12,693 nucleotides of DNA from Promethearchaeota archaeon (GTDB taxonomy: Archaea; Asgardarchaeota; Lokiarchaeia; Sigyniarchaeales; SOKP01): positions 1 through 12,693 of the forward strand of contig SDNY01000104.1 of assembly GCA_004524535.1 (NCBI GenBank), read 5' to 3'. Every line of letters starts with the position of its first letter. Position 1 is the stretch's first letter. The notes beneath the pieces were generated by a model. It did not search any database. It worked only from the letters and a program-made list of their open reading frames with translations, and had not been told where the DNA came from. Positions 1 through 7,238 of this stretch are shown one piece after another. The position numbers and the translations under genes are program-made.

Positions 1-1
1 T

Positions 2-1084
2 AAAAAATTAAATAAATTAATTAAGTTTCTTAGAATAAACCAATATTTTAGTTTTTTTCCTATCCTTAAAGAAATTAAGAGATTCAAACCAGAAGTTATT
101 ATAGTTCAAAGAGACCTCACTTTTCCAACGTTATTAGCAGCAGGATTTTTTAAAAAAATCCCCGTTATTAATATTATACGGGATCCAATGGGATTATGTC
201 CCAAATTCATTGATATAATTGATGGATTTAATAATTGTTCTGAACTTTTAACACGAAAGAATTGTTGGAATTGTATTAATAGATGGCGTACTTTAAGAGT
301 CCTACTATTAGATAAGTACAGGGGTTCTGAATATTCCCTTCAAACATTATTTTTTAGTTTATATTATAAATTTCTATACTATTTATCTAAAATATATTTA
401 TATTTGACGAAATATGCATTTGTAAATGTTGTTGCATCTCCTCTAATGAAAGAATTAGTTGTAAAAAGGATTAAAAGCAAGAGGATTGTCATTAGAAAAA
501 TAACTCCTATTGATAGTACTAAAATTAATATCTCTAATACTTTACTAAGTAAAGGAATTATTGAACAGATTGATAAATCTAAAAAAGTAATTTTATATGT
601 CATCCCCAGAAATGAGGGCGGGAGCAAAGGTTATCCTTTTGTAAGATTACTATTAAATAAACTGTCAAAGGATTACTTAATGGTCGTTGTAGGGACTTTA
701 CTTGAGGGTTTAAAGAAACATCCTCATGTAATAAATTTAGATAAACTTCCGATGGATAATCTATATTATTTATATCAAAAAGCTAATTTAACAATTGTTC
801 CGAGTATTTATACTGAAGCATTTGGAAGAGTTATATTAGAAAGCCTAATCAATAAAACACCTGTAATAACATCTCGTCAGTGCGGTGCGAATTATTTATT
901 TAAGAAAAAGAATTATGTGAAAATTTTGCCTCTTAAAGTTGATTTATGGGTAAAAGAAATTGAAGATTTTTTCAAAAAACCCGTTGAAATTCCTGAGGAT
1001 GATATAAAAAAGATTGAAAAAATGTTCTCTCATAAAGAATGTGCTAATCAAATCATAGAATTGATTAATAAAGTAAAATACTAA
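2..1084 (+). CDS. Glycosyltransferase family 4 (GT-B fold), 5' end truncated by the window edge
   Basis: The frame of the 188..1084 ORF is open back to position 2 (KKLNKLIKFLRINQYFSFFPILKEIKRFKPEVIIVQRD...IPVINIIRDPMGLCP), so ATG188 is internal. The C-terminal GT4 signature is ANLTIVPSIYTEAFGRVILESLINKTPVITS (E-x7-E). The N-domain has FKPEVI and IRDPMGLCP, similar to the HDxWxxCP motif. Confidence 0.9.
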   Translation, partial: KKLNKLIKFLRINQYFSFFPILKEIKRFKPEVIIVQRDLTFPTLLAAGFFKKIPVINIIRDPMGLCPKFIDIIDGFNNCSELLTRKNCWNCINRWRTLRVLLLDKYRGSEYSLQTLFFSLYYKFLYYLSKIYLYLTKYAFVNVVASPLMKELVVKRIKSKRIVIRKITPIDSTKINISNTLLSKGIIEQIDKSKKVILYVIPRNEGGSKGYPFVRLLLNKLSKDYLMVVVGTLLEGLKKHPHVINLDKLPMDNLYYLYQKANLTIVPSIYTEAFGRVILESLINKTPVITSRQCGANYLFKKKNYVKILPLKVDLWVKEIEDFFKKPVEIPEDDIKKIEKMFSHKECANQIIELINKVKY

Positions 1085-1142
1085 GAATATTTTTTTAACT
1101 GAAAGTACTTATCCTTTTATCTTATAATGAATTTTAAGAAAT

Positions 1143-1838
1143 GTGAAGCGTAAAGAAGGTATTATAAGTCAACTAATTTTCAGTCTAAAACTAGAAATCT
1201 TGAAGGTATTTAATATTTTCAATAGAATACGCAGGAATTCAAGGATAAAAAAATATTTTAAGAGTCGTGAAGGAGATCAGAAGAAAATTCATTTCGGTGG
1301 GGGAATAGAGAAGTTAGATGGATTTCTCAATACAGACATTGTAGGAAAAATCCCGATTAGCATCTCTAAAAAATTGCCATTTCCCTCTGAATCAGTAGAC
1401 GTGATTTTTTCTTGTCATGTTGTTGAACATCTATATTATAAACAATTTAGAGTTTTTGTGAAAGAATCTTATAGGATTTTAAAAAAAGGAGGAATTCATA
1501 TTATAATGACACCCTCTTTTACTCGCCTAGTAGATGCACTATACTATAATAACGATTTGAAAAAAAAATTATTGCGAGGTCACGAGAACCTTGCGAGAGT
1601 AAAGCTCGATCCTGCAACATTTTTAAATTATATGACACATATTTTTTATGGACATCGATTTATACATGATATTGATTCAATAGCACGACCAGCTAAATCC
1701 TCAGGATATTCTCAGGTAAAAACTATAGTTTTTTCAGAAATCCCCGATGATAAAATTCGAGATTATGCTTTTTATAGGAAAACGCGTGGAAATGAGAGAT
1801 GGAAAATAGAAACAGAAACATATTTACTTGTTAAATAA
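1143..1838 (+). CDS. Class I SAM-dependent methyltransferase (Methyltransf_11-like), probably glycan-associated
   Basis: GTG start. Motif I-like KIHFGGG..LDGFLNTD, followed by LPFPSESVDVIFSCHVVEHL and ESYRILKKGG..IIMTP. Lies within a glycosylation cluster. Confidence 0.85.
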   Translation: MKRKEGIISQLIFSLKLEILKVFNIFNRIRRNSRIKKYFKSREGDQKKIHFGGGIEKLDGFLNTDIVGKIPISISKKLPFPSESVDVIFSCHVVEHLYYKQFRVFVKESYRILKKGGIHIIMTPSFTRLVDALYYNNDLKKKLLRGHENLARVKLDPATFLNYMTHIFYGHRFIHDIDSIARPAKSSGYSQVKTIVFSEIPDDKIRDYAFYRKTRGNERWKIETETYLLVK

Positions 1839-1839
1839 G

Positions 1840-2490
1840 TTACAATAATCCAATTTTATAGAAAAATTTCATAATATATGCTTTAATTTTGTTTTTCTTC
1901 CCTCCTTTTCTAATAAAATAATCCATTCTTTTATTAAAGGATTTTTTGTATTCTTTCTTGTAATCAGTAAAATCTTCCAATTTGTATCCACTCAAAAATC
2001 CTTTAAAGCATTTACCCCATTTGTACCAATTCCACGGTTCTTTAAGTCTATAAGTTTTAAAACATATTCCAATCGTAGCTATATCATGAATAGATGATTT
2101 TTCATTAAAAAAAGGAACATCTACGAGAGTAAATTGTCCATCACGATAAATAATATCTGTTAATTCGATATGACTATGCGTAAATCCTTTATTATGGAAT
2201 TTTCTTAACAATTGTCCAAATAATCGATGAATATTAGGATCTAATAATTCAACAAGTCTCTTACCCTTTACAAATCTCGTAATAAGATAATCTTTTTCTA
2301 GAGAGTATTTAATTGGTTCAGCAAGATTAAGATGGTTAATATTCAATTTATTCCAATACTTCTTAAGATTGGAATATTCCTTTTCAACCCATTCTTTATC
2401 ATAACAAATCTTTATGAAATATTCTTGGTCCCTTGTTATATAATAGGAAAAATGACCACCAAGCAGCGTGCCTTTAATTTGTTTTAGCAT
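1840..2490 (-). CDS. Protein-kinase-like fold protein (Bud32/RIO/Kdo-WaaP-like) with an atypical catalytic loop
   Basis: Contains YFIK (beta3 Lys), EKEY (alphaC Glu), YLITRFVKG (hinge) and FGQLLRKFHNKGFTHSHIELTDII..FTLVD, which aligns by eye to G..L.+.H..G..HGDL...NI....LID. It also has the HDI helix and a C-terminal FLSGY. Confidence 0.7.
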   Translation of the reverse strand: MLKQIKGTLLGGHFSYYITRDQEYFIKICYDKEWVEKEYSNLKKYWNKLNINHLNLAEPIKYSLEKDYLITRFVKGKRLVELLDPNIHRLFGQLLRKFHNKGFTHSHIELTDIIYRDGQFTLVDVPFFNEKSSIHDIATIGICFKTYRLKEPWNWYKWGKCFKGFLSGYKLEDFTDYKKEYKKSFNKRMDYFIRKGGKKNKIKAYIMKFFYKIGLL

Positions 2491-2528
2491 GAAAATCTTA
2501 AATTCTATTAGATATACACTTCATTATA

Positions 2529-2548
2529 TAATCTTTAATAATCTTTAA
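2529..2548. repeat. TAATCTTTAA x2 direct repeat in the divergent kinase/epimerase intergenic region
   Basis: Exact tandem copies at 2529-2538 and 2539-2548, followed by an ATTTT-N6-AAAAT inverted repeat at 2551-2566. Function unknown. Confidence 0.45.
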
Positions 2549-2594
2549 TCATTTTGATTATAAAATACTGAAAAATTCTAAGGTATTATAAATT

Positions 2595-3566
2595 TTGAAT
2601 TTTGAAGGAATGAAAATTGTTGTTACAGGTGCTGCCGGTTTTATTGGAAGCAATTTAACGGACAAATTACTTGAATTAGGAGCAGAAGTTATCGGTATAG
2701 ACAATCTTTTTAATGGCAGACTTGTAAATTTAGAAGATGCGATGAAATATAAAACTTTTACTTTTCATAAAAGTGATATAAGAGATTTAAACTTCTTGTT
2801 AGACGTTTTTAAGGATGTAGATATTGTATATCATGAAGCAGCATTTACAAGTGTACCTCAATCTGTCAAAATGCCTGAGAATTGCAATGATGTCAATGTA
2901 AATGGTATTATTAATGTTTTAAATGCTGCCCGAAGGACAGATGTTAAAAAAGTAGTATTTGCTTCAAGTTCTTCTGTATATGGTGATACACCTACTTTAC
3001 CAAAACATGAAGAAATGAGTAGGTGGCCAATTTCTCCTTATGGAGTTGCCAAACTAGCATGCGAACAATATGCGAAAGTATGGCATCATGTATATGGATT
3101 AAACACAACTAGTATACGTTATTTCAATGTTTTTGGTCCAAGACAAAGGGATTCACCATATAGCGGTGTAATTGCTATTTGGATAGGAAGACTTATTCGA
3201 AATGAAGATTTAATAATATTCGGAGATGGTGAACAATCAAGAGATTTCACTTATGTCAAAGATGTGATTCAAGGAAATTTATTGGTTGCTGAACATGATA
3301 TTCCTGGAGAAATTATAAATATTGCATGTGGAAATCCAATAAAACTAACTGATCTTGCAAAATTAATTTTAAAACTAACGGGTAAAGAAAATCTTAGTAT
3401 ACAATATGCAGATCCAAGACCTGGTGATATCAAACATAGTTTTGGCGATATTTCAAAAGCTAATAAGCTTTTAGGTTTTGAAGCAAAATATACGCAAGAG
3501 GAAGGCCTAAGAGATTATTTAAAGTGGTATGTTAAAAAATATAATGTTAATCTAAAAATAAATTAG
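2595..3566 (+). CDS. NAD-dependent NDP-sugar epimerase/dehydratase (extended SDR; WbpP/GalE-like UDP-Glc(NAc) 4-epimerase)
   Basis: Motifs VTGAAGFIG, DNL, FASSSSVYG, SPYGVAK (YxxxK), RYFNVFGPRQ..SPYSGVI, GDGEQSRDFTYV and RPGDI. Start is TTG2595 (AAGGT upstream) or ATG2610. Confidence 0.93.
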   Translation: MNFEGMKIVVTGAAGFIGSNLTDKLLELGAEVIGIDNLFNGRLVNLEDAMKYKTFTFHKSDIRDLNFLLDVFKDVDIVYHEAAFTSVPQSVKMPENCNDVNVNGIINVLNAARRTDVKKVVFASSSSVYGDTPTLPKHEEMSRWPISPYGVAKLACEQYAKVWHHVYGLNTTSIRYFNVFGPRQRDSPYSGVIAIWIGRLIRNEDLIIFGDGEQSRDFTYVKDVIQGNLLVAEHDIPGEIINIACGNPIKLTDLAKLILKLTGKENLSIQYADPRPGDIKHSFGDISKANKLLGFEAKYTQEEGLRDYLKWYVKKYNVNLKIN

Positions 3567-3576
3567 AATTAATAAT

Positions 3577-5823
3577 ATGGGCATAAATTTTAATAAAGTT
3601 CTATTTACTATTTCACTTCTCTCATTTTTTCTTGTTCTTTTAAATATTTTTAAAATTACTGCAATATTAGGAATTGCTCCTACTTCATTATTAGGTTTAT
3701 TGCTATTTTTCACCTTTATCTTCAGTACTATTTTTCTTCTTATATTTTTACCAACATATCCTTTATTTTTTGTAATTTTTAAGGAAAAAGATTTCAATTC
3801 TCTTGAAAAATTAAGTTTAACAATAGTAGTTAATTTATCCTTTTATATACTTACCGCATACATTGGGCATATATTTGGAATTCCGATAACAGCATTCTTT
3901 TTCTTCTTTACTTTATTGATTTCTTATTTTTCGATAATAGCTTATATACTAATTAAGGAATATAGAAGTGGGATATACTCTTTCTTTAGATCTAAGAATC
4001 TCTCAAAAAAAAGAGATTATGAAAATTTATCTCTTTTTAATTACCTTAAAAAGTTAATTCCTTCAAATGGTATATTATTGATTATATTTCTGATTTTAAT
4101 TTGCATTTTTAATGCCGTAAGATTCCAGTATTTCTTCGGATCAGATCCATGGTTACATAGTTATATTAGTAAAAGAATTGTAAAAATGAACCGTTTACCC
4201 TTAAAAGAATATTATGGCTCGGTAGGGCTACCAATATTTGGAGCCGTAATTCACTTTTTTTCTGGCGTCGATTTTCTCTTAATCCCGAAGTTTTTTATTT
4301 TTTATACTATTCCACTTTCGGCTTTAATTTTCTATAATATTCTTATGCGAATATTTAAAAATCAAAATTTAGCATTTTTTGGTGTATTCATTTTAGAATT
4401 TTCTGGATTAGGTTTTGCGTATATGATGTATCAATATTGGCCAGCTCATTTAGTACTTATCCAAACCTTAACTATTTTCTTCCTTCTCTATGTAAGATTA
4501 CAAAAGTTCATGAAAATTGAGAGACCAACAAAAAAAGAGGTCTTTTCTGGTATGACTTTCTTTTACTCCTTAATATCAATTATTTTTATTACTGCTATTC
4601 TTACACATGTCCTTACTTCAATAATTATGCTACTTTGCTTTATATGGATACTTTTAATTTATTTTGTTAAAGATTTTCGAAGAGGATTCGATTTCTTATT
4701 ATTATGCTGTTTATTTGTAATTTTCTTACTCTTTCTATATTTCGGTTTGAGCGCTGAACATTTTTACTTTTTTGACTCCATCGATATCTCATCATTTTCT
4801 CTTATTATTCTTTTAGCAGCAATTGGCATAGGTATTGCGGGAGCACTTCTCGTTTGGAGACTGCAAAATTCAATAAATTTTACGACCGGAAGATTTACAA
4901 AAACGATAAAGGGAGAAGAATACCCTTATTATAAAACAATAGAAGATAAAGTAATATTTCCACTCGCGTTAAGCATCATTACTGTATTAACAGTTTTGTA
5001 TTTTATAGGAAATGTATTAGTGTTTAATTTACCCATTACATCTATATTAACAGGTATAGAAATCATGTTATTTATAACATTTGCAATATGGGGGATAATT
5101 TTATTCCAAAAAAAACCGAGAGGAAAACCCACGATAATTTGGGGAATCTTTTTTGGATTCTTTTTCCTCGCAGTTTTTATTGTTGATATACTAACAATTA
5201 ATCGTAATTATTGGGCAAGAATCTTTTTTATGACCCCTCCTCTTGTTGTAATCGGATTTATCTCATACATTTACAAATTAATAAAAACAAAATCGATGAG
5301 AGAAAAACGTACAAAATTCTTTATTATATTCTTAATTGGATTTTCTCTATGTACAACCTACTTTCATGAATGTGAAATTGATCCATATGTAAGTTTAACA
5401 AAGCGTCAAGTAGGCGGAGCTGAATGGTATTCTGAACATACTTCAGATAAAAATGTAATTATTACTGAATTTGGATTACAATACATGTTTATGTATTACG
5501 ATTATCCCTACAACGAAAAAGACGAGAATATTGATGGTCAGGACACTCATTATTATATGGATACTAGGAAAAATGATCTATTTCAACCGGATGAACATGT
5601 CAATGATGGTGAAAATGAGCTTCAGGAGCTTAAAGAAGAAAAAGGAACGGATGTCATTATAACATTAGATGATCAATATTATTACAATAAAGATATGGAT
5701 ACTTTTCAATATGTAGATAAAGAAAAGCAGGAGGAATATTACGAGCTCGAATATTTGAACAGGATTTATAATGCTAGAAGTAGAGATGGAATGGAAAATA
5801 ATCCTATTTATTGGGTCATTTAA
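3577..5823 (+). CDS. Large polytopic membrane protein, probable GT-C-fold glycosyltransferase (AglB/STT3-like architecture)
   Basis: Many hydrophobic segments, a loop motif GSDPWLH, and a soluble acidic C-terminal domain beginning GGAEWYSEHTSDKNVII. Starts 10 bp after the epimerase stop. The CDS is secure; the function is inferred. Confidence 0.6.
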   Translation: MGINFNKVLFTISLLSFFLVLLNIFKITAILGIAPTSLLGLLLFFTFIFSTIFLLIFLPTYPLFFVIFKEKDFNSLEKLSLTIVVNLSFYILTAYIGHIFGIPITAFFFFFTLLISYFSIIAYILIKEYRSGIYSFFRSKNLSKKRDYENLSLFNYLKKLIPSNGILLIIFLILICIFNAVRFQYFFGSDPWLHSYISKRIVKMNRLPLKEYYGSVGLPIFGAVIHFFSGVDFLLIPKFFIFYTIPLSALIFYNILMRIFKNQNLAFFGVFILEFSGLGFAYMMYQYWPAHLVLIQTLTIFFLLYVRLQKFMKIERPTKKEVFSGMTFFYSLISIIFITAILTHVLTSIIMLLCFIWILLIYFVKDFRRGFDFLLLCCLFVIFLLFLYFGLSAEHFYFFDSIDISSFSLIILLAAIGIGIAGALLVWRLQNSINFTTGRFTKTIKGEEYPYYKTIEDKVIFPLALSIITVLTVLYFIGNVLVFNLPITSILTGIEIMLFITFAIWGIILFQKKPRGKPTIIWGIFFGFFFLAVFIVDILTINRNYWARIFFMTPPLVVIGFISYIYKLIKTKSMREKRTKFFIIFLIGFSLCTTYFHECEIDPYVSLTKRQVGGAEWYSEHTSDKNVIITEFGLQYMFMYYDYPYNEKDENIDGQDTHYYMDTRKNDLFQPDEHVNDGENELQELKEEKGTDVIITLDDQYYYNKDMDTFQYVDKEKQEEYYELEYLNRIYNARSRDGMENNPIYWVI

Positions 5824-6604
5824 AAATCTCAAAATCTCCTAAAAAGAGATTTTCAATTTTTTCTTTTAAAATCGTTTTTTTGTCTCCTTCAATTTTTATA
5901 AGTTGAGGAATTTTTCCTACTTGTCCAACTTTGTTTCCACGGCTGATAAATGCACCCCTTACTCCATCGATATCGTCTACAGCGTCAAGACCTTTTTTAA
6001 TAGACTTCTCTATATCTTTTCCTTTTACTAAATTGGCTATTGCTGTTGCTGCTCCATCTGCTAAGGTAGCATTATCAGCAAAGATAGTAACAGCATCTGC
6101 TTCACCTAAACTTATAGCATGACCTATTGTTGCTGAACTAGTACCAATACCAATTGGATTATCCTTCTTTTCAATCAAAAAACCAATATTTAAATTAAGT
6201 TTATTATTTCCTGCATAGAGAGCAACTTTAACATTTTCCTCTGAATCAATAGCGATTTCTCCCCCATTTTCGATTAAAGCTATTTTCGCTGGAGTAAAAT
6301 CTGTATCATCTTTGGATTTCATTCTTTCTAACATTAAATCTGCTAATGCTCCCGCCACTGTAGCCATAGGACCAACATCACATATAAATGCTATTTCTGC
6401 CATTAAATTGATAATTATTTTATCGGTCTTGACCTTAACAGGAGAAAAAGATTTCAAAAATCGATTATCTTTTAATATGTATTTTTCCAAAATTTTTCTA
6501 TGAAAATAAAACGCCTCTTTTGCTCTTAATATCGCTTTTTTTGACTCCGAAATAATTGTTATATCAGATTCCCTTTCAACAAAATGTACTTTATATGGCT
6601 TCAA
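5816..6604 (-). CDS. UPF0280 family protein (ApbE-like superfamily)
   Basis: Motifs VGPMATVAGALAD, ENGGEIA, GIGTSSATIGHAISLGEADAVTIFA.NATLADGAATAIAN. TTG start. Overlaps the convergent membrane-protein gene by 8 bp. Confidence 0.9.
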   Translation of the reverse strand: MKPYKVHFVERESDITIISESKKAILRAKEAFYFHRKILEKYILKDNRFLKSFSPVKVKTDKIIINLMAEIAFICDVGPMATVAGALADLMLERMKSKDDTDFTPAKIALIENGGEIAIDSEENVKVALYAGNNKLNLNIGFLIEKKDNPIGIGTSSATIGHAISLGEADAVTIFADNATLADGAATAIANLVKGKDIEKSIKKGLDAVDDIDGVRGAFISRGNKVGQVGKIPQLIKIEGDKKTILKEKIENLFLGDFEIFK

Positions 6605-6693
6605 ATTAAATATTTAGTAATTAGTTATATAATAAAATATAAATAAATTATTCATTATTAAGATATTATAAGAATACTAAGCAGACTTCAAAA
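6605..6693. promoter_or_regulatory. Divergent promoter region (UPF0280 gene / roadblock-GTPase pair)
   Basis: 89-bp, extremely AT-rich gap between divergent starts, with several TATA-like words (TTATATAA, TATAAATA, TATTATAA). The individual boxes cannot be assigned. Confidence 0.5.
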
Positions 6694-7188
6694 ATGGAAA
6701 AAATCGATTACGGTTCTATATTATCACAACTCAAAACAGAATTGAAAACTGATTGTGCTATTGCTAATCGCTATGGAATTATCCTTTCTTCGAATATTGA
6801 CATATTTCCCAAAGAAAAACTTATCCCACAGAAGATACTTGAATTAATTCTTAAAAGAGATGCAATTGCTGAAGAATTAAATTTAAAAAATCAGATTAAG
6901 TCATTTGCTTTTGAGACGGAAGAGTTTAATTTCGTATTCACTTTTACTAAAGAATTAATCTTAATTTCAAAAGTTGATTTAGATATAAATTTAGCACAAT
7001 TCATGCTTAGTATTAGAGTTGTTGCTCAAAAACTTAGTGAAATTAAGGAAGAACAAGAAATTAAAAAATTTTCTGTATTCGACTTCTCTAAGGACATAGC
7101 TAAAATAGAAACCACATTAGAGAAAGAGACGTACAATAAAGATAAATATTCAATTATTAAAGACATTATAAAATATATTTCAAGTTAG
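6694..7188 (+). CDS. Roadblock/LC7 (MglB-like) domain protein with a C-terminal helical extension
   Basis: The pattern helix, CAIANRYGIILSS (beta hairpin), helix, IKSFAFETEEFNFVFTF..LILISKV, INLAQFMLSIR fits the roadblock topology. It lies directly upstream of a small GTPase gene. Confidence 0.65.
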   Translation: MEKIDYGSILSQLKTELKTDCAIANRYGIILSSNIDIFPKEKLIPQKILELILKRDAIAEELNLKNQIKSFAFETEEFNFVFTFTKELILISKVDLDINLAQFMLSIRVVAQKLSEIKEEQEIKKFSVFDFSKDIAKIETTLEKETYNKDKYSIIKDIIKYISS

Positions 7189-7238
7189 GACGCGCAAGGG
7201 GAACTACTATATTACGACAAATATTCATATTTAAAGGT

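Noticed and set aside
188-190. ATG188 as the start of the glycosyltransferase
   Set aside because: The frame is open to the window edge with GT4-like N-domain sequence, so the gene starts upstream of the window.
379-6503. Short ORFs 379-627(-), 3552-3797(-), 4929-5132(-), 5471-5662(+), 5931-6122(+) and 6312-6503(+)
   Set aside because: They are antisense or alternate-frame shadows within well-supported genes and show no recognisable motifs.
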